Positions 26,067 to 35,574 of a DNA stretch of 44,857 nt are shown in pieces (position 1 is the stretch's first letter; every line of letters begins with the position of its first letter). Source of the stretch: Rhizomicrobium sp. (GTDB lineage Bacteria > Pseudomonadota > Alphaproteobacteria > Micropepsales > Micropepsaceae). Both the position numbers and the translations under genes were made by a program. Location: NCBI GenBank assembly GCA_036398875.1, contig DASWOE010000217.1:1-44857 (forward strand), in the 5' to 3' direction. Under the pieces are notes generated by a model. It saw only the letters and a program-made list of their open reading frames with translations, did not search any database and had not been told where the DNA came from.

Positions 26067-27058
26067 GGCAGCGGATCGCCGGCGAAGAAGCGCCGGGGAT
26101 TGTCGTCCAGCATCGCGAAGATCTCGGCGTCGCCAAGCCCGCGGGCGCGCAGGCGCGGCAGGAAATCGGTGAAGAGATAGGTGTAGGGCTGCGGCCACAG
26201 CCCCTTCTTTTTCGCGTCCATCACCCGGCGGATTTCTTCCGGCGGCAATTGCCGCACGGGATGGTAGCGGCCGAGCATCGCGCAATAGGCGTCCTGGCTG
26301 ATCATCACCTGCGCGCCGAAGCCGCCGCGCACCAGGCTCACCAGATTGTCGGCGCGGGTGTCGTCGGACTGGAATTGCAGCTTGCCGATGCGATCGAAGC
26401 CGACATAGGAGCCGCCCTCGGCGACGCGGCGGTGATAGGCGGGATCGGCGTTGCCGCAGCAATGGCCGATGAGGCAGCGATGCGCCGCGACCTCGCCTTT
26501 CGCGAAGGCGGCCTGCTGCTGCGGCCCGCCGAGGCCGTTCTGGGTATGCGTGATGATGGGGACGCCGGTCGCGCGCTGGGCGATGCAGGCCGCGGCGAGG
26601 AATTTTTCCTCCTGCGCGGTCATCACCGCATCGGTGGCGACCTTGATGGCGCCGGCGCGGATCTTGGTATTGCCGCAGCCGATCTCGATCTCGCGGACAT
26701 AGAGTTCGGCGATTTCCTCCACCGTCCGCATCCGCCAATAGACCGGCAGGCCCCAGGCTTCGAAATAGAAGCCCGTGGTGCAGACGATGTTGATCTCGGC
26801 CTTTTCCGAGATCTCGGCGAACAGCGCGACGTCGCGGCCAAGCTCGATCGGACAGGGATCGACGAAGCTCCTGACGCCGAACGCCTTGAGATCGCGCAGC
26901 CGCGCCACCGCCAGCCTGACGAAGCCGTCGCGGTCGAAGGGATGCAGCGCATCGAATTCGACGCCCGGAAACGACGCCAGCAGATGCTCGTGCATCAGCG
27001 TGCGGCCGAGATCGCCAACCTCGATCGGACCCAGAACGGTCTGGACGGTGGACGCCAT
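25973..27058 (-). CDS. phosphotriesterase-like lactonase family amidohydrolase
   Basis: TLMHEHL, bridging Lys in GAIKVA, IITHT, IGH, ISQD and DNPRRFF. The 3' tail overlaps lysR by 94 nt. Confidence 0.9.
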   Translation of the reverse strand: MASTVQTVLGPIEVGDLGRTLMHEHLLASFPGVEFDALHPFDRDGFVRLAVARLRDLKAFGVRSFVDPCPIELGRDVALFAEISEKAEINIVCTTGFYFEAWGLPVYWRMRTVEEIAELYVREIEIGCGNTKIRAGAIKVATDAVMTAQEEKFLAAACIAQRATGVPIITHTQNGLGGPQQQAAFAKGEVAAHRCLIGHCCGNADPAYHRRVAEGGSYVGFDRIGKLQFQSDDTRADNLVSLVRGGFGAQVMISQDAYCAMLGRYHPVRQLPPEEIRRVMDAKKKGLWPQPYTYLFTDFLPRLRARGLGDAEIFAMLDDNPRRFFAGDPLPQSAWLSAAFDAATSQSRNTMMSRLSRRSRG

Positions 27059-27091
27059 GGGACGGACTTCTGGCTGCCCCCCAAGCCTATC

Positions 27092-28264
27092 CTATTCCGC
27101 GGCCATGGTGACGACTTCGTGGGTGCTCTTGAGCGCTTTCAGCCGCGGCATCACCTCTTTGGCGAACAGCGTCAGGCTATCGACCGTCTCGGCATGCGAG
27201 AGTTCGCCCGCCTGGGACAGCAACAGCAGGTGATCGATGCCGCCGACGCTGTCGCTGAATTTCTTGATCTGGTTGTAGATCTGGTCGGGCGTGCCGGCGA
27301 AGAAGATGCCGCCGTCGATCATCTGCTCCAGCGACGGATTGGGCGGCAGGCCGAAATTCAGGCGCCCGCCCTTCTTGCCGACCTGCAGCGCCTTCACATT
27401 GCCCTCGATCGATTCATAGCCCGGCGGATTGGTCCATTCCTTGGGGGTGCGCGGCTGGACATCGAGATAGACCTTCATCTTGGCCACCCGCTCGGCGACC
27501 TGCGCCTCATTGTGGCCGGTAACCATCATGCCCAGATAGGCGAGCCGGGTCGGCGGCGCGATATGGCCGTGCGTCTTCAGATATTCCTCGCGATAGGCAT
27601 CGAACAGCATCTTGGTGCCCTTGCCGTTGAAGAAGGTGGCGCAGACATAGCCGAGCTGCGCGATCTTGCGCCCGTTGGCGGCGCTGGAGGCGGTGATCCA
27701 CATCGGCGGCATCGGCTGCTGATAGGGCCGCGGCCACAGATTGATGTTGCGGTACTGGTAGAACTCGCCTTCCCAGCTGAACGGCTCGCGGCTGGTGAAC
27801 GCCTTGACGATCAGGTCGTGGCCTTCCCAATAGCGGTCCATGATGCGCGCCGGGCTCTGGTTGGACATGGCGAGTTCGAAGGGCGACGCCTTCACCAGCC
27901 CGACCTCCAACCGCCCCTTGGAGATCACGTCGATCATCGCCAGCTCCTCGGCGACGCGGTAGGGGTCGGTGCGGTTGGCGATCGGCACGCCCAGCGAGAG
28001 CAGCCGCGCATTCTTGGTCTGGCGCGCCAGGATGGAAAGCGTCAGCGTGCACGACACCGACATGCAGTTCGCCGAGGCGTGGTGCTCGTTGACGAAGATG
28101 TTGTAGCCGAGCTCGTCGCCCAGCATCCATTCGTCGAGATAGCGGTTGTACAGCTCGTGCGCGATCACCGGATCGCACAGCTCGTTGGGGATCGTGACCT
28201 TGGTCGGGCCCGGATTGTTCCAGGCCGGGTGCATCGACTGTTCGCAGAACTGCCAGATTTCCAT
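27092..28264 (-). CDS. luciferase-like (LLM) flavin-dependent monooxygenase
   Basis: VNEHH, PYRVAEELAMIDVISKGRL, WEGEFY, WPRPYQQP, AGTPDQ and LFAKEVMP. Confidence 0.92.
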   Translation of the reverse strand: MEIWQFCEQSMHPAWNNPGPTKVTIPNELCDPVIAHELYNRYLDEWMLGDELGYNIFVNEHHASANCMSVSCTLTLSILARQTKNARLLSLGVPIANRTDPYRVAEELAMIDVISKGRLEVGLVKASPFELAMSNQSPARIMDRYWEGHDLIVKAFTSREPFSWEGEFYQYRNINLWPRPYQQPMPPMWITASSAANGRKIAQLGYVCATFFNGKGTKMLFDAYREEYLKTHGHIAPPTRLAYLGMMVTGHNEAQVAERVAKMKVYLDVQPRTPKEWTNPPGYESIEGNVKALQVGKKGGRLNFGLPPNPSLEQMIDGGIFFAGTPDQIYNQIKKFSDSVGGIDHLLLLSQAGELSHAETVDSLTLFAKEVMPRLKALKSTHEVVTMAAE

Positions 28265-28276
28265 TGTGGCCTCCCA

Positions 28277-29077
28277 TCAACCGTTCAGAAAGCGCAGGAC
28301 CGCGCTCGCATAAGCCTGCGGCTGCTCCATGTATCCATAGTGCCCGGCATGCGGGATGCCGGCGAAGGTCGCGCCGGGGATCGCCTTCGCGAAGGCGCGG
28401 CCATAGGCCGGCGGCACGACGGCGTCGTCCTCGCCCCACATGACGAGAGACGGAATCGCGATCCGGTGCAGGCGCGCGGCGAGCTTGGGATTGAACAGCG
28501 CCGGGGCCCAGCCGAACATCAGGAAGGATTCGCGGTTGCGGGCGAAGCGGGTGATCTCCGCCTCCGTCATCGACGGAAAGTCGAGATCGCCGAATTTCTT
28601 CACGCCGGCCTTGGGATCGGCGAACAGCACGCCGGGAAGATCGTCGATCGGCGTGTTCAATATCTCCTTGATCTCGCGCTGCTCGCGATCGCCGAATTTC
28701 GCGCCCACCGAATCCAGCAGGACCAGCTTGGAGAAGCGGCCCGTGCCCTTGATCGCCAGCTCGGCGGCCAGCCAGCCGCCGAAGGACGCGCCCACCAGCA
28801 CGGCGTCGTGCAGATCTTCCTGCTCGATGAAGTCGAGGTAGAAATAGGCCAGGTCATCGACCGAGGTGACGCCGGCGGGAAGCTGCGACGCGCCGAAGCC
28901 GGGATGCGCCGGGGCGATGACGCGGTATTTGCCCGCCAGCGCCTCCAGGAATTCGTCCGCCGGATCGATGCCGTGGCCGGGATGCAGGAACAGCAGCGGC
29001 TGCCCGCGGCCCTTGCGCAGCACCTCCAGCGTCGTGCCGCCAACGCTCACCCGATCGGGCAACGCGGTCATAAGCAT
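28277..29077 (-). CDS. alpha/beta hydrolase fold protein
   Basis: PLLFLH, HPGFGAS, GASFGG (Ser), WGEDD (Asp) and AGH (His); GGAGG RBS before ATG 29077. Confidence 0.9.
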   Translation of the reverse strand: MLMTALPDRVSVGGTTLEVLRKGRGQPLLFLHPGHGIDPADEFLEALAGKYRVIAPAHPGFGASQLPAGVTSVDDLAYFYLDFIEQEDLHDAVLVGASFGGWLAAELAIKGTGRFSKLVLLDSVGAKFGDREQREIKEILNTPIDDLPGVLFADPKAGVKKFGDLDFPSMTEAEITRFARNRESFLMFGWAPALFNPKLAARLHRIAIPSLVMWGEDDAVVPPAYGRAFAKAIPGATFAGIPHAGHYGYMEQPQAYASAVLRFLNG

Positions 29078-29126
29078 GATGGTCCTCCCACTGCGCCCCG
29101 CTTGCCGGGGCCTTTGTCGTTGATGT

Positions 29127-29801
29127 TCAGGCGGATTGGCGCACCGGCGGCGCGGACGCGTCGGTTCTGTCATGCGCCAGGCGGTAGCGGATGAGATCGG
29201 CGATGGTGACGATCTTCAGACCGTGCCGGCGCGCGAAGACGAGCAGGTCCGGCAGGCGCGCCATGGTGCCGTCGTCATTGGTGATCTCGCAGATCACGCC
29301 GGCGGGATAGCAGCCGGCCAAGCGGGTCATATCGACCGCGGCCTCGGTGTGGCCGGCACGCTCGAGCACGCCGGCGGGGCGGGCGCGCAACGGGAAGAGA
29401 TGTCCGGGACGCATGAAGGCGTCGGCGCCGACCCGCTCGTCGGCCAGCCCCAGGATGGTCTTGGCGCGGTCGGCGGCGGAAACGCCGGTGGTGGTGCCGT
29501 CGCGCAGATCGACCGAAACGGTGAAGGCGGTCTGATGGCGGTCGGAGTTCGACGGCACCATCGGCGGCAGGGCCAGCGCATCGACCCGCGCCGCCTCGAG
29601 CCCAACGCAGACGATGCCGGTGGTGTGGCGGATGATGAAGGCGAGCTTTTCCGGCGTCGCGAACTGCGCCGCCATCACCAAATCGCCCTCGTTCTCGCGA
29701 TTGCGGTCGTCCATCACCACGACGCATTCGCCGCGCCCGACCGCCGCCAGGGCTTCCTCGATCGAATCCAGATGCAGTTCGACCAGCTCCGCTTCCCGCA
29801 T
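29127..29801 (-). CDS. ribB: 3,4-dihydroxy-2-butanone-4-phosphate synthase (stand-alone)
   Basis: RENEGDL, TAFTVSVD, TTGVSAADRA, RPGHLFPL, RAGHTEAAVD and VICEI..DGTMAR; no GTP cyclohydrolase II domain. Confidence 0.95.
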   Translation of the reverse strand: MREAELVELHLDSIEEALAAVGRGECVVVMDDRNRENEGDLVMAAQFATPEKLAFIIRHTTGIVCVGLEAARVDALALPPMVPSNSDRHQTAFTVSVDLRDGTTTGVSAADRAKTILGLADERVGADAFMRPGHLFPLRARPAGVLERAGHTEAAVDMTRLAGCYPAGVICEITNDDGTMARLPDLLVFARRHGLKIVTIADLIRYRLAHDRTDASAPPVRQSA

Positions 29802-29819
29802 GTCCCGCCTCCTATGCCC

Positions 29820-29935
29820 TGAAATCTATTATATGATATTAATTCCATATTCCAGAACATCAGCACTGTCAAACGGAAACCCGCGAGGATATCAATTTAT
29901 CTACTTGATATTAAAAGATTTTATTTTCGATCGAT
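29820..29935. promoter_or_regulatory. AT-rich divergent promoter region with inverted repeat (candidate IclR operators)
   Basis: Strongly AT-rich stretch; perfect ATATCAA-N9-TTGATAT at 29889-29911 and TTC-N9-GAA at 29843-29857, between ribB and the iclR pair. Confidence 0.55.
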
Positions 29936-30033
29936 GGCCCTGGCGTCAAGAATTTGCATTCCGGGGCTTTGTCCGGACGGAAATCTACGGCCGCCGGTTG
30001 CGCAGGGGCGGCCCGAACGGGCAGGAAGGGGCC

Positions 30034-30858
30034 ATGGGAACCGACCCGGCCATACGCGAGCAGAACAAGGCGACGGCGCGCGTCCTCGCGGTGCTGTCGG
30101 CCTTCGTGTCGCGCATCGACCGCAGCTATGGCGTGACCGAACTCAGCGACGCGCTGGGCATGACCAAGAACATGGTCTATCGCGCGGTCTCCACGCTGGT
30201 CGATCAGGGCTTCCTCATCCGCGACGCCAGCGGGACGCGCTATGAGCTGGGGCTGCGCATCCTGGAACTGCAGAGCGCGCGGGCGCGCGAGCCGGACATG
30301 CGCGGGCTCTGCTCGCCATCGATGCACGCGATCTACGAGCTGACCGGCGAGACCGTGTCGTTGAGCGTGCGGCGCGGCGACGCCGTGGTGTTCATCGACG
30401 GGTTGGAGACCAGCCAGCCCGGAACCTGGCGCAACCAGATCGGCGACTATCGCCCGCTGCACAGCGTGGCGTCGTCGCGCGCCGTGCTGGCGTTCCTGAC
30501 CGATGCCGAGATCGAAGACTATATCGCGCGCAGGAGCCCGCTGAAAATGTCTGGCAACCAGACCGTCTCGCCGCAGGAATTGTGGTCGGCCGTCCGTGAG
30601 ATCCGCGCGCGCGGCTATGCGCGCTATCAGCGCAACATAAGGCCGCGCATGATCAGCCTCGCCTTTCCGATCTGGGACGCGCGCAACACCGTGCAGGGCG
30701 CGATCGCGGTCGGCGGGCCGCAGGACCGTTTCGGCCGCGACGCGGAGGCCCTTTTGCCGAAGCTTGTGGAGATCGCCGGCGAATTGAACGCGCGCACGCG
30801 CCTGTATCCGACCGCCTTCACCTTCTTCAGCGACGACGCATCGGCGGGAGCCCGCTGA
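30034..30858 (+). CDS. IclR family transcriptional regulator
   Basis: ARVLAVL..GVTELSDALGMTKNMVYRAVSTL HTH, YELG, TGETVSL, PLHSVAS, IRARGYA and LAFPI. Start ATG 30034. Confidence 0.93.
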   Translation: MGTDPAIREQNKATARVLAVLSAFVSRIDRSYGVTELSDALGMTKNMVYRAVSTLVDQGFLIRDASGTRYELGLRILELQSARAREPDMRGLCSPSMHAIYELTGETVSLSVRRGDAVVFIDGLETSQPGTWRNQIGDYRPLHSVASSRAVLAFLTDAEIEDYIARRSPLKMSGNQTVSPQELWSAVREIRARGYARYQRNIRPRMISLAFPIWDARNTVQGAIAVGGPQDRFGRDAEALLPKLVEIAGELNARTRLYPTAFTFFSDDASAGAR

Positions 30859-31706
30859 TGCGCCCGCCGGTCAACTCCTCCACCCTGCATGTCCTGCATA
30901 CGCTTCGGCTGGTCTGCACCGCCGAGGCGCCGCTCAGCCATGCCGAGATCAGCCGCCGCACCGATTTGCCATCGACCACGGTCTATCGCGCGCTCAGCAC
31001 GCTGGAAGAGGCGCAATATGTGCAGCGCTCGCAGGGAACGACCGGGTACGAAGCCGGCATCATGCCGCAATTGCTGCTGTGGACGCTCCTGAAGCGGTTT
31101 GCGCTCGCGGCCGCCGGCACGCCGTTTCTCACGCGGCTTGCCGAGCTCAGCGGCGGGACGGCGTCGCTCCATATGCGGCTGGGCTGGTACGCGCTGCGGA
31201 TCAGCGTCGTCTATGGCGGCGACGACATCTATCATCGCGACCGGCTGGGCGAGGTGGTGCTTCCGCATGCCGATCCGGGAAGCCGCAGCCTGTTCGCGTT
31301 CCAGAGCGACGATGCGTTCGGCGCCTACCGCAAATTCGTCTTGCGCCACCATGAGGACGCGGCGCGGGAGATCGACCGGCCGCAGACGCGCCGCGACGTC
31401 GAGACCGCGCGGGAGGCCGGATACGCCATCGCGGAATCCAGCCTGGATGACTTGCCGGCGGTGTTCTCGATCCCCCTGCGCGACCAGACCGGGCGCGCGA
31501 TGGCCGCGATTGCGCTCAGCGTCGCCGCGTTCGACGGCGCGCAGAGCCGGGGCATCCCCGAACCCTGGCGCGCGGTCTTGACGGATTTCGAGAGGCTGCT
31601 CGCGGCCCAACCGGCACTATTCGCCTCGCCCTACGGGCACCTCGCAGCCGAGGACATCGTCATCAAGCTGCAAAAGCGTCCGCGCGGCGACGCGAGAGAC
31701 CGATAA
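30858..31706 (+). CDS. IclR-like transcriptional regulator (divergent)
   Basis: LSHAEISRRTDLPSTTVYRALSTL HTH, LAELSGGTASL, AREAGYA and SIPLRD; TGATG overlap with the first IclR. Confidence 0.85.
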   Translation: MRPPVNSSTLHVLHTLRLVCTAEAPLSHAEISRRTDLPSTTVYRALSTLEEAQYVQRSQGTTGYEAGIMPQLLLWTLLKRFALAAAGTPFLTRLAELSGGTASLHMRLGWYALRISVVYGGDDIYHRDRLGEVVLPHADPGSRSLFAFQSDDAFGAYRKFVLRHHEDAAREIDRPQTRRDVETAREAGYAIAESSLDDLPAVFSIPLRDQTGRAMAAIALSVAAFDGAQSRGIPEPWRAVLTDFERLLAAQPALFASPYGHLAAEDIVIKLQKRPRGDARDR

Positions 31707-31739
31707 CGGCCGCCACAACGCGACCGCGCGGATCGCGGG

Positions 31740-33017
31740 TCAGGACGCGATCGGCGCGACCGGCTTGAATTTCAGCGGCATGTGCTTGATGCCGCGCAGG
31801 ATCATGGAGGCGGTGTATTGCGGCGGCGCCGCCAGTTCGATGTCGTGCAGGTGCTCGAGCAGGAGCTCGAACATGATGCGCAGCTCCAGCCGCGCGAGGT
31901 TGGCGCCCAGGCAGAAATGCGGCCCATAGGCGAAGCCCAGATGCGGATTGGGGCTGCGGGCGATGTCGAAGCGATAGGGATCGGCGAAGACGTCGGCGTC
32001 GCGGTTGGCGGCGTTGTTCCAGATCACCACCCAGTCGCCCGCCTTGACCCTCTTGCCGCCGAGCTCGACGTCCTGGGTCGCGGTGCGCAATTGATGGGTG
32101 AGCGGGGAGGTCCAGCGCACGGCCTCCTCCACCGCGAGGCGCAGCGCGGCAGGATTGTGGCGCAGCGCGCGCAGCTTCGCCAGCTCGGCCGGATGGGCGA
32201 CCAGCTCGGCGAGCGCGCCGCACAGCGCGTTGCGCGTGGTCTCGTGGCCCGCGGCGATGAAGGCCGCGGCGTTGAACGCCACCACCATGTCGGCAAGCTT
32301 CTTGCCGTCGATCTCGGTCAGGGCGATATCGCTCAAAAGATCGTCGCCGGGCTTTTCGCGGCGCTCCAGCGCCAGCTTGAGGCAATACGCCATCACCTTG
32401 CCGGTGCCGACGCGGCTGGTCTCTTCCGGCGTGCCGATCGAGAACTCCGGATCGTCCGGCGAGGTCGACATATAGGTCCAGCGATAGATGTCCGGCCACA
32501 CCGCCGGCGGCAGGTCCATGATGTGGCTGATCAGCATCAGCGGCAGGCTGCCGGCGACGTCGAAGGCGAAGTCGCATTCACCCTTGGGCAGGACGCGGTT
32601 GAAGCATTCGACGGCGAGGGCGCGGATCGTGCCTTCGAGCTTTGCCACGCTCGGCTGCATGAAGCGCACCGAGAAGGCGCGGCGCATCACGCCATGCGCC
32701 GGCCCGTCCATCGCCGAGATCTGGGCGCCCGCCAATTGCAGCGCGAGCAGATCGCCCTCGACCGGCGTTTCATAGTCGGTGCTGATGGGCAGCATGGGAC
32801 CGGAGCGCGCGCTGCTGAAGACCGCGTCGTTCTCGTATACGGCGCGCCCGTCGCGATGCCGCGTCACGCTCCAGAAGCCGCGGTTGTAGCGGCCCACGGT
32901 CCAATGGACCGGATCGTCCTGGCGATATTTGCGCAGGATGTCGTCCGGGTCGGCTTTGCCGAAGAACGCCGAGTCGGTGAGATTGTAATCGTCCTGTTCC
33001 TGAGCCGAGACGCCCAT
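31740..33017 (-). CDS. cytochrome P450
   Basis: I-helix AAGHETT, K-helix EEAVR, ANRD..F.DP.RFD and the heme motif FAYGPHFCLG. Confidence 0.97.
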   Translation of the reverse strand: MGVSAQEQDDYNLTDSAFFGKADPDDILRKYRQDDPVHWTVGRYNRGFWSVTRHRDGRAVYENDAVFSSARSGPMLPISTDYETPVEGDLLALQLAGAQISAMDGPAHGVMRRAFSVRFMQPSVAKLEGTIRALAVECFNRVLPKGECDFAFDVAGSLPLMLISHIMDLPPAVWPDIYRWTYMSTSPDDPEFSIGTPEETSRVGTGKVMAYCLKLALERREKPGDDLLSDIALTEIDGKKLADMVVAFNAAAFIAAGHETTRNALCGALAELVAHPAELAKLRALRHNPAALRLAVEEAVRWTSPLTHQLRTATQDVELGGKRVKAGDWVVIWNNAANRDADVFADPYRFDIARSPNPHLGFAYGPHFCLGANLARLELRIMFELLLEHLHDIELAAPPQYTASMILRGIKHMPLKFKPVAPIAS

Positions 33018-33034
33018 CGCGCGACCTTCTTTCT

Positions 33035-34069
33035 CTATGTTCCGGGAACGAGCACGGCCCGTCCGCGCAATTGTCCGCGATCCATCCGCTCATAGGCAGC
33101 GAGGACATCGCCGAAGCCGATCCGCTCCACCTCGGCCTTGACGAGACCGCTCTGGGCCAGCCGCACGATGTCGTGGCCGTCGCGCAGCGTGCCCGCATAG
33201 GGCGCGTTGATCGAAGAATCGCGCGGCATGGCATAGAACGTGGCCGGCAGTGTTCCACCGCCGACGCCCACGATCTTCAAGCGGCCGCCATAGCCCAGCA
33301 CGCTCAGGCCCAGCGCCATGGTCGCGTCGTTGCCCACCATGTCGAGCACCAGCGCGGCGCCCTCGTTGCCCGTCAGGGCACGGATGCGCTCGCCGGCGCC
33401 CTCGCCGCCCTGTACCGCATGATGCGCGCCGTGCTGGCGCGCCTGATCGAGCTTGACCTGATGCCTATCGACGGCAATGATTTGCGCGGGCGAAAGCGCG
33501 CGGGCGATCTGAACGGCCAGATGGCCGAGGCCGCCGATGCCGATCAGGACGATCGAGGTGCCGGGCTCCAGCACGTCCAGCGCGCTGTGGATGGCGTGAT
33601 AGGTCGTCAATCCGGCGCACATCAACGGCGCGGCTTGCACCGGATCGAGAGATCCCAGCGGAATGAGATGGCGCGCATCATCGACCAGGAGATAGTCCGC
33701 CATCCCCCCGTCGCGGCCGGCCCCGGGACCGAAGGTCGGCACCGTGCAGATATTCTCCTCGCCCCGCGCGCAGCGGGCGCAATGGCCGCAGCCCCAGGGG
33801 AAATAGACGGCGACGGCATCGCCGACCGTCGCGCCTCTGGCACCGTCGCCCAGGGCATCGACCCAGCCGGTCGTTTCGTGGCCGAGCGTCAAAGGCAGCG
33901 GAAAGAAAGACGGATCGGCATGGATCACCAGCAGGTCGCTGTGGCACAGCCCCGCGCCGGCGACGCGGATGCGCACCTGTCCGGGGCCGGGCTCCGGCAC
34001 CGGCAGCGAAACCACTTGCGGCATCTTTCCGGGCTGGACCACCCGCAGCGCCTGCATGGATCTGGTCAT
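33035..34069 (-). CDS. zinc-dependent alcohol dehydrogenase
   Basis: GLCHSD, GHE, CGHCARC..C, CAGLTTY, GIGGLG and GRAVLVP. Confidence 0.93.
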   Translation of the reverse strand: MTRSMQALRVVQPGKMPQVVSLPVPEPGPGQVRIRVAGAGLCHSDLLVIHADPSFFPLPLTLGHETTGWVDALGDGARGATVGDAVAVYFPWGCGHCARCARGEENICTVPTFGPGAGRDGGMADYLLVDDARHLIPLGSLDPVQAAPLMCAGLTTYHAIHSALDVLEPGTSIVLIGIGGLGHLAVQIARALSPAQIIAVDRHQVKLDQARQHGAHHAVQGGEGAGERIRALTGNEGAALVLDMVGNDATMALGLSVLGYGGRLKIVGVGGGTLPATFYAMPRDSSINAPYAGTLRDGHDIVRLAQSGLVKAEVERIGFGDVLAAYERMDRGQLRGRAVLVPGT

Positions 34070-34085
34070 GGGTTCTTCCGAAGCG

Positions 34086-35573
34086 TTAGGACGAAAGGTC
34101 GATATAGAGCGACTTCACCTGGGTATAGGCTTCGATGGAATGGGCGCCGAGTTCGCGGCCGATGCCCGATTGCTTGTAGCCGCCGAAAGGCGAGATCGGA
34201 TCGACCTGCATATAGGTGTTGACCCACACGGTGCCGGCCTGAAGGGCGCGGCCGACGCGGTGCGCGCGGGACAGATCGCGCGTCCACACCGCCGCCGCCA
34301 GGCCGTATTGCGTGTCGTTCGCCTGCAGGATCGCGTCGTTCTCGTCTTCGAACGGAATGACCGCGGCGACGGGGCCGAAAATCTCCTCCTGCGCGATCCG
34401 CATGCCGTTGCGCACGTCGGCGAAGACGGTCGGCTCGACGAAGAAGCCCTTGTCGCCCTTGCGGGCGCCGCCCGTGCGCAGGCTTGCGCCGTCCTTGAGG
34501 CCGACGCGGAAATAGCCGGTGACGCGATCGAACTGCTCGCGCGAGACCAGCGGCCCCATCATCGTCGCCGCCTCCAGCGGATCGCCGACGGGAAATTGCG
34601 CGGCGCGCCGGGTCAGTTCTTCGGTGAAGCGCTCATAGATGCTGCGCTGCACGAACACGCGCGTGCCGGCGACGCAGACCTGGCCGGAGAGAAAACAGAA
34701 GGCGCCGACGGAAGAGGCAAGGGCCTTTTCGATGTCGGCATCGGCGAACACCACATTGGGCGATTTTCCGCCCAGCTCCAGCGTGACGCGCTTCAGATTG
34801 CCGGTGGAGGCCCGCAGGATGGTCTTGCCGACCTCGGTCGAGCCCGTGAACGCCACCTTGTCGATCCCCGGATGCGCCGCGATCGCCGCGCCGGCGCTTT
34901 CGCCGAAGCCGGTCACGATGTTCACGACGCCGGGCGGAACGCCGGCCTCCAGGATCAATTCGCCCAGCCTTAGCGCGGTCAGCGGCGTCTGCTCGGCGGG
35001 TTTGAGGATCGCGGTGTTGCCGCAGGCAAGCGCGGGAGCGAGCTTCCAGGCCGCCATCGACAAGGGCCCGTTCCACGGAATGATCTGGCCGCAGACGCCG
35101 ACCGGCTCGCGCAGCGTGTAGTTGAAGACCGCGGCGCCGGAGGGATTGGTCTCGCCGTACAGCTTGGTCGGCCAGCCGGCATAGTAGCGAAAGATCTTGG
35201 CGACCTCGGCAACGGCGCCGCGCGTGAAACTGATCGGGGTGCCGTTGTTCAGCGTCTCCAGATAGGCCAGTTCCTCCGCGTTGCGCTCGACGAGGTCGGC
35301 GATCCGCAGCAGATGGGCGCCCCGCGCATGCGGGTCGATGCCGGACCAGTCCGGCGCCGCGAAGGCGCGGCGCGCGGCGATCACGGCGGCATCGACGTCT
35401 TCCGCCGCGCCTTGCGCCACATGGGCGATCGTCTCTTCCGTGGCGGGATTGACGGCGGCAAAGGTCTTGCCGGACTTCGCCGCAAGCCAATCCGCCCCGA
35501 TCAGCAGCCGCTTGGGCGGGCCCGACAGGAATTCCAGCGCCAGTTGAAGACCGGGCGACCGTGCGACGTCCAT
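34086..35573 (-). CDS. aldehyde dehydrogenase
   Basis: IIPWN, KPAEQTP, FTGS, ELGGKS, GQVC, EEIFGP and PFGGYKQSG. The real start is ATG 35573; the track ORF extends into the upstream gene. Confidence 0.95.
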   Translation of the reverse strand: MDVARSPGLQLALEFLSGPPKRLLIGADWLAAKSGKTFAAVNPATEETIAHVAQGAAEDVDAAVIAARRAFAAPDWSGIDPHARGAHLLRIADLVERNAEELAYLETLNNGTPISFTRGAVAEVAKIFRYYAGWPTKLYGETNPSGAAVFNYTLREPVGVCGQIIPWNGPLSMAAWKLAPALACGNTAILKPAEQTPLTALRLGELILEAGVPPGVVNIVTGFGESAGAAIAAHPGIDKVAFTGSTEVGKTILRASTGNLKRVTLELGGKSPNVVFADADIEKALASSVGAFCFLSGQVCVAGTRVFVQRSIYERFTEELTRRAAQFPVGDPLEAATMMGPLVSREQFDRVTGYFRVGLKDGASLRTGGARKGDKGFFVEPTVFADVRNGMRIAQEEIFGPVAAVIPFEDENDAILQANDTQYGLAAAVWTRDLSRAHRVGRALQAGTVWVNTYMQVDPISPFGGYKQSGIGRELGAHSIEAYTQVKSLYIDLSS

Positions 35574-35574
35574 C

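Noticed and set aside
25250-29194. 1314-aa plus-strand ORF
   Set aside because: It overlaps lysR out of frame and lies antisense to the PTE, LLM and hydrolase genes. It is Arg/Ala/Gly-rich with no motifs, a typical stop-poor shadow frame of high-GC DNA.
27092-29801. Bioluminescence (lux) operon, suggested by a luciferase-like gene next to ribB
   Set aside because: No luxC/D/E fatty-acid reductase genes and no luxA/luxB pair; the context is catabolic.
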